Positions 35,352-44,811 of a stretch of 64,000 nt of DNA are shown here, one piece after another. The first letter of the stretch is position 1. Each line of letters begins with the position of its first letter. The DNA comes from a virus (Duplodnaviria > Caudoviricetes): the IMG/VR virus record IMGVR_UViG_3300025909_000005; one strand, given 5' to 3'. Under the pieces are notes generated by a model. The model was not told the origin of the DNA. It ran no database searches and worked only from the letters and a program-made list of their open reading frames with translations. Both the position numbers and the translations under genes were made by a program.

Positions 35352-35604
35352 CATCATCGGCTGGCTCGGGAGCGCCATGCTGATGGTGTGCGCGATCCCC
35401 GAAGCTATTCTCGCCGTGAGGCGTAAGCACACCCACATGCCCTGGAACATGATCATCCTCCTTGGTGGGGGAGAGTTCTTCATGTTCATCTATGTCCTGC
35501 CAAAGCTGGACTGGCCCCTCATTGCCAACTACGGCGTGAACATCATCTCGATGTCGGTGATCCTCTACTACAAGACGAGGAAGCACCCGCACAATCGCGG
35601 GTAA
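35335..35604 (+). CDS. PQ-loop/SemiSWEET-like 3-TM protein
   Basis: IIGWLGS.....CAIPEAI....K, PLIANY.VN; start corrected to 35335. Confidence 0.7.
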   Translation: MSIALDIIGWLGSAMLMVCAIPEAILAVRRKHTHMPWNMIILLGGGEFFMFIYVLPKLDWPLIANYGVNIISMSVILYYKTRKHPHNRG

Positions 35605-35605
35605 T

Positions 35606-35623
35606 AGCATTAGTGGCTAGATA
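35606..35623. repeat. 18-bp intergenic repeat AGCATTAGTGGCTAGATA, copy 1
   Basis: Identical to 41529-41546. Confidence 0.8.
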
Positions 35624-35653
35624 GCGGGTGCGGAAAGGTGACCTCCGATCTGC

Positions 35654-35661
35654 TATAAATA
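35654..35661 (+). promoter_or_regulatory. T4-type late promoter TATAAATA
   Basis: Exact T4 late consensus, intergenic. Confidence 0.75.
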
Positions 35662-35730
35662 CCTCTGAGAACAGGTTCGGCACTCGCCGATAAAACGTAC
35701 TACGTTGACCTGGCCTACGGAGAATAAACT

Positions 35731-36228
35731 ATGGCTAACCAAGAACAACTCGCTATCGGTTCGTCCGGTGCCAAGGCAGCCCCAGCCCGCATCGAAAAGC
35801 GTCCGACAGACATGCACCACGTCTTCCTGATCGACTGGAACGACGACGGTCGCCCACGTGAAATCGCAGTCGTCATGGAAGCACCAGACGGCACGATCTA
35901 TGGCATCGAAATCGAGCGCCTCCACCCAATCGACAAGGCCCGCCTGAAGAAGTTCCTCGTGTCCATGCACGCGGACAAGTACCCACTGTGGGAACTTCTG
36001 GCCAACGGTCAGCTCAACAACGGCATCAACCCGCTGGACTTCTTCCACATGAACTACGTTCGTGTCAAGCGTCCTCGTGGCGCCATCCTCGGTGGCGGCC
36101 TGGCTTCGGTTGAGGTCTACTCCGGTTCCGACAAGCAGATCGGCTCCCAGTTCTCTGACCCACGTGGTGCGGTTGTGACGAACGAGAAGCCAGTTCTCGG
36201 CGGTGGTAGCGGCAGCAGCTTCTCGTGA
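35731..36228 (+). CDS. conserved-type large-phage late protein
   Basis: GGAG SD, late promoter. Confidence 0.7.
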   Translation: MANQEQLAIGSSGAKAAPARIEKRPTDMHHVFLIDWNDDGRPREIAVVMEAPDGTIYGIEIERLHPIDKARLKKFLVSMHADKYPLWELLANGQLNNGINPLDFFHMNYVRVKRPRGAILGGGLASVEVYSGSDKQIGSQFSDPRGAVVTNEKPVLGGGSGSSFS

Positions 36229-36446
36229 TCAAGGAAGTCGACCTAGCGAAGGACGACATCGTCGTTTTCTACGTCGATGTCGGCAACCTGCCTCCAGCTC
36301 GAGTCAAGGAGTACCTTGGGAACATCAAGGCAGAGGTTGCAGCGAACATCTTCGGCACCGAACAGAAAGTCATGTTTGTGCCGCGGGTTCGAGAAGCAGA
36401 CGGAATCAGGCGCGATACTGACATCACGATCATTCACCGCGTCTAA
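36225..36446 (+). CDS. small hypothetical protein
   Basis: FYVDVGNLPP..V.EY motif (resembles a T4 portal segment). Confidence 0.5.
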   Translation: MIKEVDLAKDDIVVFYVDVGNLPPARVKEYLGNIKAEVAANIFGTEQKVMFVPRVREADGIRRDTDITIIHRV

Positions 36447-36464
36447 GGTCTTCGACCTAGCAAT

Positions 36465-36486
36465 AAGGGCCTTCGGGCCCTTTTTC
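36465..36486 (+). terminator. rho-independent terminator
   Basis: AAGGGCC-TTCG-GGCCCTT then T-tract. Confidence 0.9.
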
Positions 36487-36602
36487 ATTCCCCCTTCTCT
36501 TTAACACGCCGTTCACACGGTAGTGTAAAATGTTCTTTCAGCTGATGAAGGCTGAGGCAAGTACTTTGCCCTTTCCAGGTCAGAGCAACTACAGGAGATC
36601 AG

Positions 36603-37229
36603 ATGACAAAGGTAATCGCAATCATGGCGCTAGTCGTGACGGCAGCCACATCCGCAGCGTACAAGCTTTACCAGTACGTCCCACAACCCGTTCCAACCGC
36701 CGTCATCGGCGAAAAGCAAGAGAAGACCCTCGGTGGTTCCGCCGCAGTTCTGCTGCCCGAGAACCTGAACAACAAACAGGCCGTGCTACTGAACTCAGCC
36801 TACGCCATCGCCAAGGCAGAAGGCTTCAAGAACCCTGAGATCGTGCAGAGCATCCTACTTCAGGAGACACGAGCCGGTGGCATGAAGTCCTACAACGTGG
36901 CGAACGCAGGACCGGACGCGTACTACGGTCCGATGCAGATCAAGCTTGCGGCAACCCGTGACGTGCTCGCACGTGATCCGTCTCTCTACACGAAGTACGA
37001 CTTCCACACCCACACCGACGATGAGGTCAAGGCCAACCTGATCCTCAACCACGACTTCAACATTCGAGTTGCAGTTCGGTACCTCGAGATTCTGCAGAAG
37101 ACCTACGGTCTGTCGGGTGCCAACCTTGTGAACGCCTACCAAGCCGGCCCTGGTGGACTCGGCACTTCAGACGGCTCCTACGCACGTGGAGCTGCAGAGA
37201 AGCTGGCGGCGTACAAGCACAGGACGTAA
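36603..37229 (+). CDS. lytic transglycosylase (SLT) with SAR-like N-terminus
   Basis: ILLQET catalytic Glu, YGPMQI, NIRVAVRYL, AYQAGPG. Confidence 0.8.
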   Translation: MTKVIAIMALVVTAATSAAYKLYQYVPQPVPTAVIGEKQEKTLGGSAAVLLPENLNNKQAVLLNSAYAIAKAEGFKNPEIVQSILLQETRAGGMKSYNVANAGPDAYYGPMQIKLAATRDVLARDPSLYTKYDFHTHTDDEVKANLILNHDFNIRVAVRYLEILQKTYGLSGANLVNAYQAGPGGLGTSDGSYARGAAEKLAAYKHRT

Positions 37230-37256
37230 ATAGGGGATCCCAACCAAGGATCCCAA

Positions 37257-37601
37257 ATGAAAGTATCAGACCTTCTTGAAGACTGCGACTGCTCAAAGAG
37301 CGACAGCGCAAACCGCGATGACGAAAAGCTGGCGCTAGCCCGCAAGAAGACGAAGGACGAGATCGCAAAGATGCGTCAGTCCTATGCCGACAAGCGCCGT
37401 GCACGTTCCACCGAGCAGACGACTGAGGCCCTCGTTGGTGCAGATGGCAAGCTTGGCACTGGCGGTGGCAAGAAGACCGCACCAGCCCAATCGAAGAAGA
37501 CCATTGCCGCAAAGCGTGCAACCGGCGAGATCATGCCGAAGGGTCACTTCCACAAGAAAGGCGAGGACTGGGAGTCAACCAAGGTTACGAAGGCCAAATG
37601 A
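37257..37601 (+). CDS. basic late protein, candidate head internal protein
   Basis: TAAATA 37227-37232; MKVSDLLED; internal TTEA. Confidence 0.6.
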   Translation: MKVSDLLEDCDCSKSDSANRDDEKLALARKKTKDEIAKMRQSYADKRRARSTEQTTEALVGADGKLGTGGGKKTAPAQSKKTIAAKRATGEIMPKGHFHKKGEDWESTKVTKAK

Positions 37602-38761
37602 AAGTCTCTGAGCTTCTCGAGGGCTTGAAGGATATCGCCGCTGAGCTTGATGATGAGAAGCACTTCTCCATGGAGAAGATGCAGACATCAATCGAGAATG
37701 GTGTCGTTGTTCCCTTGTCGAAGCTTGACTTCCTTTCAAAGACTCAACTCGCAAAGATCGATGGGTGGATTCATGATAGCGACTGGGACCTCGGCCCATG
37801 GCTCGCTGCCGAAATCCTTGGTCTGAAGAACATGAACCAGTTGGAGCTCGTTGATAAACCATCTGACAGCTCCTACACCAGTTCTTCCTTCGACAACTTC
37901 TCTAGAGCAAGCGGCCTCCCAACTCACGATGAGACCTGGGACGCACTCATGGACTCGTTCAAGGTCACTCAGGGCGAGACTGAGGGCGGCAAGCTCTTTC
38001 ACGTTACCACACAGGTCGGCACTGCTACGCCATTGAAGGGCAAGTCGCAGAGAGTTGTTCTCACGAAGGAGAACGGCAATGTGTGGTTTGCTTGGGCAAA
38101 GAAGCCAAAGGTCAATGAGGCGCTGAAGGACCTCGCCTCGCTGGCAGATCAGCTCAGCGCGCTCGAGATCATCGCCGCTGGTGTGAAGGACCGCTTCAAG
38201 GAGCAGGCCGATTACATGAAGCAGTTCTTCCCTGGAGAAGATCCAAAGGACCATGCTGAAATGGTCCTTGCCAAGATCAAGGAATACAACGGTGAGAAGG
38301 TCCTCATCCTGAAGCCTGATCCTGAGTGGCAAGAATGGGGTCGCGGTAGTGCAAAGTGGTGCAGCAACCGTGTGCAAGCAGTAGCCCGTGAGAACAACAT
38401 CAAGGTGCGCTCACAGATGAACCCATACAATCGTCATGAGGTTGACGTCACGCTGATGTCATCTGGTGCCTCTGTCTCTCCTGAGAAGTTCGACTCCATC
38501 TTCAAGAACGTCGAGAGTGACATCCACGACAGCACCGTCGAAAAGGCGACAGCCCACCTTGACTCTGGCAAGTCGATGACCATCACGTGGGACCAGAAGC
38601 CGAAGAACAAGCGTTACGCCCACTTCTGGGAATCGAATGCTCGCAGCCTGTCCACCTCATACCGTGGTCTGGCTGCCAAGGCCGGCTTCCGGATCAAAGC
38701 AACTATCGACAAGCAAGCGAAGACCCTGACGATCACACCTGCTGACCAAGGTCGCGAGTAA
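37598..38761 (+). CDS. candidate head internal protein with duplicated E(G/A)LKD leader
   Basis: MKVSELLEGLKDIA and internal VNEALKDLA. Confidence 0.6.
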   Translation: MKVSELLEGLKDIAAELDDEKHFSMEKMQTSIENGVVVPLSKLDFLSKTQLAKIDGWIHDSDWDLGPWLAAEILGLKNMNQLELVDKPSDSSYTSSSFDNFSRASGLPTHDETWDALMDSFKVTQGETEGGKLFHVTTQVGTATPLKGKSQRVVLTKENGNVWFAWAKKPKVNEALKDLASLADQLSALEIIAAGVKDRFKEQADYMKQFFPGEDPKDHAEMVLAKIKEYNGEKVLILKPDPEWQEWGRGSAKWCSNRVQAVARENNIKVRSQMNPYNRHEVDVTLMSSGASVSPEKFDSIFKNVESDIHDSTVEKATAHLDSGKSMTITWDQKPKNKRYAHFWESNARSLSTSYRGLAAKAGFRIKATIDKQAKTLTITPADQGRE

Positions 38762-38807
38762 CCAGACTTCAGGACATGTCCTTGACACGTGAGTGTTACA
38801 ATGGTAC

Positions 38808-39815
38808 ATGCTCAAGCAAAAGACACTTGAAGACCTCATTCGTGAGAAAGTATTCCTAGGAGGCGTTAGCGGCTCCGGTTGGTACTACCTCAACTGCCCG
38901 CTCTGCGGGGACTCACGGCTGCGTGGGGGCTTCAAGTTCGACGGTGACAACACGGGCTACTCCTGCTGGAACTGCAGCGCAAAGTTCAAGTACGAGGAGG
39001 GTTCAGGCAAGCTCTCGAAGAACGCGAAGGAGATCCTTGAGGCATGTGGAGTTTCTCGTGAGGACCTGCAGGAGCTGACCTCACCGATCTTCTTGAAGAA
39101 GGCCGAGGAACCGACGATCACGATCGACAACTTGACGAAGGTCAAGACTCACACGCCTGAGGTTGCCTTCCCAGATCGCAGTCACCCCCTGCTCTCCTCA
39201 GTTCAAGAGGACATGCAGGCACCAATCCTTGAGTACCTCCTTGCACGACAGATCGACCCACTCAAGACGACGTTCTACTTCAGCCTCGACCCGAAGTTCC
39301 TACGTCGAGTCATCATCCCCTACTGGCGTGATGGCAAGCTCATCTACTGGCAGGCCCGAACGATCGATGAAGGTGTGAAGCCGCGCTACAGAAACTGCGA
39401 GATTGCCAAAGATGCAGTCATCTACGGTTACGACAAGCTGTTCACGCACGAGAACTCTCCGCTGTTCGTGACCGAAGGCGTCTTCAACGCGATCATGGTC
39501 GATGGCATCTCCGTGATGGGTGCCACGCTGAACGCATCGAAGATCGAGCTACTGAAGAAGACGAAGCGGCGCCTGATCTTCGTTCGTGACCGTGACTCTC
39601 AAGGAGACGTCCTCTCGAAGCAGGCGCTTGAGAACGGGTGGGAAATCACCACCGTGGACAAGCGAGTGAATGACATCAACGAATCAGTAACCACATTTGG
39701 GTTGCCCTACACCGCGTACAGCCTCATATCCAACGCGCAGCGACCATCTGACAAGTTACAATCTTCTGTTAGCCTGGATATTTGGGGCCTGGAAGACCGA
39801 CTGAGAAAGCGATAA
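38808..39815 (+). CDS. DNA primase (gp61-like)
   Basis: Zn finger CPLC...CWNC, TOPRIM VTEGVFNA, DRDSQG; start corrected to ATG 5 nt after TGTTACAAT. Confidence 0.9.
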   Translation: MLKQKTLEDLIREKVFLGGVSGSGWYYLNCPLCGDSRLRGGFKFDGDNTGYSCWNCSAKFKYEEGSGKLSKNAKEILEACGVSREDLQELTSPIFLKKAEEPTITIDNLTKVKTHTPEVAFPDRSHPLLSSVQEDMQAPILEYLLARQIDPLKTTFYFSLDPKFLRRVIIPYWRDGKLIYWQARTIDEGVKPRYRNCEIAKDAVIYGYDKLFTHENSPLFVTEGVFNAIMVDGISVMGATLNASKIELLKKTKRRLIFVRDRDSQGDVLSKQALENGWEITTVDKRVNDINESVTTFGLPYTAYSLISNAQRPSDKLQSSVSLDIWGLEDRLRKR

Positions 39816-39818
39816 AGC

Positions 39819-41174
39819 ATGAACGTTCCACTGATGGATGAAGACGCGCAGCGTCTCTACATCAACTCGATGATCTCGAACCCTGAGCTCTTTACTCAGG
39901 TGAACGCGATCCTTCGTCCGACGTACTTTGACCCGCACCTTGCGAAGGGCGTCAAGTACTTGCAGGACTACTTCTACGAGAATCACGCGGTGCCTGATGC
40001 AGCGATCTACAAGGTCGCAACGAAGCTTGACACCGAGTTTACACCGCTCCTTCCTGCAGACAAGGAGTTCGTGGCGAACCAGATCGCCGAGTTCTGCAGG
40101 TTCCAGGCCTGCATCGACGTGATCAAGAAGTCTACGGGCAAGGACGGCTACTTCGAGAAGGGCGACCTCGGTTCGATGGTCGCTGAGATGAAGAAGGCGT
40201 CTGAGATTGGTCTCGACACCGACTTCGGCATCAACTACTTTGAGAACGTCATGGAGCGCCTCGTGAACAACGAGGTTGAGGACCCTGTCATCTCAACTGG
40301 CTGGACCACGATCGACGAGGTGATCGGTGGAGGCATCGGTCTTGAGGAGCTTGTGCTCTTCCTGGCTCCATCTGGCGGTGGTAAGTCGGTCTCGATGCTG
40401 AACCTTGCATACAACCTTCTCGAGCAGGGCTACGACGGCGTCTACATCTCGTTGGAAATGCGGGACACGAAGGTCTCCAAGCGCGCCGACCAGATGATTG
40501 CGCGGATCGCCAGCAACCAGATCCCAGACAACAAGGCGATCGTTGCAGATGAGATTGAGAAGTTCCACCAGAAGTCTGGTGCCGACTTCTTCATCAAGCG
40601 CATGCCTGCGGGTACGACGAATGCGAACGACATCATCGCGTACATCCGCAAGCTCAAGGCGGCAGGTCACCTCAAGAAGCTGGGCTTCATCGTCGTTGAC
40701 TACCTCGACATCATGGCACCAGTCCAGCGTGGCGCTGGCGAGTCGATGTTTCTGAAGGACAAGTACGTCTCTGAAGAGGTCCGTGAAATCGGCCACCTCT
40801 TCAAGTGTATCATGATCTCGGGCTCTCAGCTCGAGAAGGGCGCGACGGAGAAGATCAACGACGGTCAGAAGATGCACCAAGGTAACGTCCAAGGTGGCTC
40901 CTCGAAGACAAACACGGCCGACTTGATGATCGCAACGGTGAAGACAGACGCAATGCACGAGGCAGGCGAGTACCGCTTCGAGTTCCCGAAGGCACGCAAC
41001 TCGGATGCAGGAACCAAGCAGGTCACGATGGCTTGGAACAAGGTAACCCTGAAGATCTCGGACCTGGGGACCCAGCTTGTTCTCAAGAAGAAGGCGAGCA
41101 GCCTGACCCTAACCGCAGGAAAGCCAGGAGAGAAGAAGCAGACCCTCGATGAGTTCGCAAAGAAGTTCGAGTGA
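39819..41174 (+). CDS. DnaB-family replicative helicase (gp41-like)
   Basis: STGWTTID, APSGGGKS, YISLEM, IVVDYLD, SQL. Confidence 0.93.
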   Translation: MNVPLMDEDAQRLYINSMISNPELFTQVNAILRPTYFDPHLAKGVKYLQDYFYENHAVPDAAIYKVATKLDTEFTPLLPADKEFVANQIAEFCRFQACIDVIKKSTGKDGYFEKGDLGSMVAEMKKASEIGLDTDFGINYFENVMERLVNNEVEDPVISTGWTTIDEVIGGGIGLEELVLFLAPSGGGKSVSMLNLAYNLLEQGYDGVYISLEMRDTKVSKRADQMIARIASNQIPDNKAIVADEIEKFHQKSGADFFIKRMPAGTTNANDIIAYIRKLKAAGHLKKLGFIVVDYLDIMAPVQRGAGESMFLKDKYVSEEVREIGHLFKCIMISGSQLEKGATEKINDGQKMHQGNVQGGSSKTNTADLMIATVKTDAMHEAGEYRFEFPKARNSDAGTKQVTMAWNKVTLKISDLGTQLVLKKKASSLTLTAGKPGEKKQTLDEFAKKFE

Positions 41175-41232
41175 CCTCACTTTCTGATCGATAAATAGCC
41201 CCATCGAATAACCAAACCCAAAGGACTCCACC

Positions 41233-41520
41233 ATGGAACCAACACGCACCATCACCCTCGACGGCATCTCGTACGACGTTACCCAGTTCTCGCAGGGTGT
41301 CCAACAGGCGGTCATGATCTACAACAAGTTTTCTGCGCAGCTGCAGGACCAGCAGCTCGAGGTCATGAAGACCCAGGCCGCCATCTCCCAGGTCGGCAAC
41401 CAAATCTCCGAGGCAGTTCAGAAGGAACTCGCTGCGAAGAAGGCTGCTGCAGCACCGGCCGCAAATGATCAGGTCGAAGACGCACAAGTTGCGAACGGTG
41501 CCGATCACCACCCAGTCTGA
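41233..41520 (+). CDS. small late coiled-coil protein
   Basis: TAAATA 41192-41197; AAGGA SD; TITLDG.SY motif. Confidence 0.65.
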   Translation: MEPTRTITLDGISYDVTQFSQGVQQAVMIYNKFSAQLQDQQLEVMKTQAAISQVGNQISEAVQKELAAKKAAAAPAANDQVEDAQVANGADHHPV

Positions 41521-41528
41521 GCGCCACA

Positions 41529-41546
41529 AGCATTAGTGGCTAGATA
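41529..41546. repeat. 18-bp intergenic repeat AGCATTAGTGGCTAGATA, copy 2
   Basis: Identical to 35606-35623. Confidence 0.8.
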
Positions 41547-41570
41547 AGGGGCACTGAGTGCCCCTTTGTT
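41547..41570 (+). terminator. terminator hairpin
   Basis: AGGGGCAC-TGA-GTGCCCCT then TTGTT. Confidence 0.7.
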
Positions 41571-41593
41571 GTACCTGGCTCATAAATAGGCGC

Positions 41594-42013
41594 ATGAAAC
41601 TCAAAGATCTCCACGAAGCCAGCATCCTTGGCCGAATCTCCAAGGACTACGACGCAGATGACGCACTCGTCTACCTGCTCTTCCTTGCCACCTCAGACAT
41701 CGGTGATGTTCGGCGTCAAGTTGATCAGAATGAAGACCTGCCAGAGAGCAAGCGCGTCATCGACGGTTCGATCTACGCAGTCTACGAGAAGTTCATTCCG
41801 TACAAGCTGCACAGCATGACGGAGCACCAGAAGGAAGAGCTCTACGACAAGATCTGCCAGGACGAGATTCCATCTCAAACTTCTGACGAGTCTGTCGATG
41901 TGCTGCTTGACCTGGATGGAGACGTCTCAGCGGTCTACACGAACTATGACAAGCGCGAGAAGTTCCCGCACAAGGTTCTGACCATTGAGCTTGACGAGGG
42001 CTACTCAGCATGA
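41594..42013 (+). CDS. acidic late protein, candidate head internal protein
   Basis: TAAATA 41583-41588 then 5 nt then ATG; MKLKDLHEA. Confidence 0.6.
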   Translation: MKLKDLHEASILGRISKDYDADDALVYLLFLATSDIGDVRRQVDQNEDLPESKRVIDGSIYAVYEKFIPYKLHSMTEHQKEELYDKICQDEIPSQTSDESVDVLLDLDGDVSAVYTNYDKREKFPHKVLTIELDEGYSA

Positions 42014-42438
42014 TCCTCGAGGATCTCAAGAAGCTTTCTGCGGTCGCTGATGCTGGCGGTGGTGAGATCCACGTGATCCCTATCACTGAGAAGATCATCA
42101 ATGAAGCTGTTGACTGGGATTGGCGGCCAGGTCATGGTGAAGCGACCATCCATTCTTGGCTGATGACTCAGGGCACCTTCAAGAAGCTTACCTTTGCTGA
42201 CTCAGCAAAGGAGTTCAATGAGAAGCCTGGCATGAGGAAGCGCCACTTTCAACAGCAGCTTGAACGACCAAGCGCCAAGGAAGTTTCTGAGAACCACATC
42301 AAACAAGGCACGGCCTTCGTGACTTTCAAGTACGCCACGCCAATTGCCGCCTTCGATAAGAAGGGCGGTGAGAAGCTCAAAAACGTCTACTTCATCGACA
42401 TCGATGACTCGTGGACTGACCGGGACATTCCAGACTAA
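42010..42438 (+). CDS. hypothetical late protein
   Basis: Coupled; MILEDLKK, IINEA. Confidence 0.6.
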   Translation: MILEDLKKLSAVADAGGGEIHVIPITEKIINEAVDWDWRPGHGEATIHSWLMTQGTFKKLTFADSAKEFNEKPGMRKRHFQQQLERPSAKEVSENHIKQGTAFVTFKYATPIAAFDKKGGEKLKNVYFIDIDDSWTDRDIPD

Positions 42439-42439
42439 C

Positions 42440-44800
42440 ATGGGCATCGCACACCTAGAAGACCTCCCACTTGGCGAATTCATCCACGTCGTCAAGAACA
42501 TCGGCTCGATGCACGCATCTGAGAAGCTGGACGGCGCGAATCTCTGGATGGGTCTTGACGAACAGGGAAAGCTCTTCACCTCCCGACAGGGCAAGCGCAA
42601 GGGCGCCAAGAACTTCTACAGCGAGGCCGAGTACCCGTACTTTGCCGCGTACAATGGCTTCCGTGCGGCACAGGCCGCCTTCGAAGAGAAGATCGAGGAT
42701 GTCAAGCGCATCATGCAGCCTGGCCAGACGGTCGAGTGCGAGGTTCTCTTCGGTCGCCAACCGAACGCGGTCACCTACGGCGCCGACGACAAGTCCTACA
42801 TCGCGTTCCTGCGCGGCGTAGATGGCACTCCTGACATCGTTGCAGACCAGCTCTCTACATCCCTCGGTGGTCAGTCGGTCACCGTTCGCGTCAAGATCGT
42901 GGACACGACTGATGGCGAAGACCTCGAGCTCGTTGACACAGATGTCACGTACCAGTTCACGGGTGCGCAGCAGATCCCAACTGAGAAACTCAAGGACGTC
43001 GACCTGAACAAGCAGGTCGAGGAGCTTGAGAAGTTCCTTGAAGCACCAGCGGGGCTTGAATCCCACCCAGAGCTGACCAACTGGCAGCTTATCACGAACT
43101 CGCTCGGCACGATCCCAATTGACGTGCGTCCTCAGGCCAAGGAGCTGAAGGCAGACATCATGGCACGCGTCATGACTGACTTCAAGCTGCCAATCAAGAA
43201 GGACCTCCTTCTAAACTACGTCGCGAAGATCAAGCCACAGCTTGGCGCGGCCGACGTTACAACTGATGAGGACGTCGGCATTGAAGGTGTCGTGCTTCGG
43301 GATCCTACGAACGGCGACATGATTAAGCTCGTCGACAAGGACACCTTCACGACCATCAACACGTTCAACCACTCGGTTCGGAACCAGATCTCTGGTGTCG
43401 TTCGCACGCTTGACTCAACCGCGCCGCTTGAATCACGTGGTGGCATCCTCGGCAACATGAAGATCCAGATCGCTGACCTGCTCGGTGAGCCAGACCTGGC
43501 CCGCGGTGGCCCAGGCAAGAAGCTCATGGACAAGGCACGTGGCAAGGATGCAGTCGAGACCGTCAAGCGCTTCGCAGCCAACCTGGACATCGAGGACTTC
43601 CAAGGCACGAAGCGCAAGGTGCTGGCCTTGATCGCACAGGCGGCCAAGGAAATTCATGAGCTGCTCGTAGACTTCAAGGCCCACGTCGGTGACTTCCAGC
43701 TGAAGCTCAAGAATGGCAAGGTTATCGGCATCTCTCCTGAGATCCAGAAGCGCACGCTGCTGGTGTTCGCTGAAGCTCGTCGTAACGTCTCTGACCAGTT
43801 CAACAAGGTCAAGGCGTGCAAGACACCTGCCCAGCTCATCGCAGTTCTCTACGGCCACTACGCAACCGCTCTCTTCTCGGACGTTAACGACGATACCCCT
43901 TCCGAAGTTCAGGAATCCCACCTGATCCGCGAGTTCGAGGAGATGCTGACTGAGAAGAAGAACGACACGGACAAGGGTCGGTACAAGGGCAAGCAGGCCA
44001 AGACCCTGCTCGACTACTACTTCGCAACGGTGTTTATGTCTGTCCTGTTCTTCAAGGCAGACGACGCAGTCGGCATCAAGATGCTGCGTGACAAGGTTCA
44101 CTACATGATGGATGCCTGGTCTCCACAGATGTCCCAGCTAAACTTCTGGGGCTACCCAATCTGGCACGCGTCTCAACCTGTGGTGAAGAAGCTGGTCGGT
44201 CCAAAGGCCACAAGTCAGATCTTCAAGATCACCCGTCAGATCCCGCTGACCAAGTGGCGCTCTCTGCACAAGGACCTCTCCTTTGGCAAGGACAAGTCGT
44301 TCGACTGGACAGAACACAAGCACGTCCTACAGCTCCTCCAGCAGTTCGACGGGATGAAGACGGACCGCATAAATACCCTGATGGATGGTGTGTTCAAGTT
44401 TGATAAGCTCGACCATGATGATAAGGTCAAGCTGTTGGACAAGCTGCACACCTATGTGGCAATGACCCTTCCTAACTCGCCGCTGTTCACTCGCTTCAAG
44501 ATCCTTCAGAAGGCAATCAAGCGCGAGGACGATGATGACGAGAAGGATGACGACACAGTCAAGGAAATGAGACTCTTCAATACAATCAACGCGCTCGTGG
44601 AAGATGAGACCAGCGATGCTGCGAATGCTCAAGCAGCTGGACCTCAGGTTGACATGGTGAACCTGGCAACTCGCAGCGCGGACGTGACAGACAAGACCTC
44701 TGCTCCCACTGTGAACAAGAATCGACATGTCGTCAAGCGTCGTCGGAACCCGGCCGTCAAGAAGGCAAAGTTCCCGAAGCCAGAGGACTCCACGGTATAA
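42440..44800 (+). CDS. ligase-fold (KxDG) nucleotidyltransferase-like protein with large C-terminal domain
   Basis: AHLEDL, SEKLDGANL, ECEVLFG, IEGVVLRD, IKLVDK; start corrected to 42440. Confidence 0.7.
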   Translation: MGIAHLEDLPLGEFIHVVKNIGSMHASEKLDGANLWMGLDEQGKLFTSRQGKRKGAKNFYSEAEYPYFAAYNGFRAAQAAFEEKIEDVKRIMQPGQTVECEVLFGRQPNAVTYGADDKSYIAFLRGVDGTPDIVADQLSTSLGGQSVTVRVKIVDTTDGEDLELVDTDVTYQFTGAQQIPTEKLKDVDLNKQVEELEKFLEAPAGLESHPELTNWQLITNSLGTIPIDVRPQAKELKADIMARVMTDFKLPIKKDLLLNYVAKIKPQLGAADVTTDEDVGIEGVVLRDPTNGDMIKLVDKDTFTTINTFNHSVRNQISGVVRTLDSTAPLESRGGILGNMKIQIADLLGEPDLARGGPGKKLMDKARGKDAVETVKRFAANLDIEDFQGTKRKVLALIAQAAKEIHELLVDFKAHVGDFQLKLKNGKVIGISPEIQKRTLLVFAEARRNVSDQFNKVKACKTPAQLIAVLYGHYATALFSDVNDDTPSEVQESHLIREFEEMLTEKKNDTDKGRYKGKQAKTLLDYYFATVFMSVLFFKADDAVGIKMLRDKVHYMMDAWSPQMSQLNFWGYPIWHASQPVVKKLVGPKATSQIFKITRQIPLTKWRSLHKDLSFGKDKSFDWTEHKHVLQLLQQFDGMKTDRINTLMDGVFKFDKLDHDDKVKLLDKLHTYVAMTLPNSPLFTRFKILQKAIKREDDDDEKDDDTVKEMRLFNTINALVEDETSDAANAQAAGPQVDMVNLATRSADVTDKTSAPTVNKNRHVVKRRRNPAVKKAKFPKPEDSTV

Positions 44801-44811
44801 CAAGGACCCAC

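Noticed and set aside
36540-36600. CTGATGA suggests a hammerhead ribozyme or fluoride riboswitch
   Set aside because: No downstream GAAA core and no fluoride-riboswitch 5' stem; kept only as a generic structured leader
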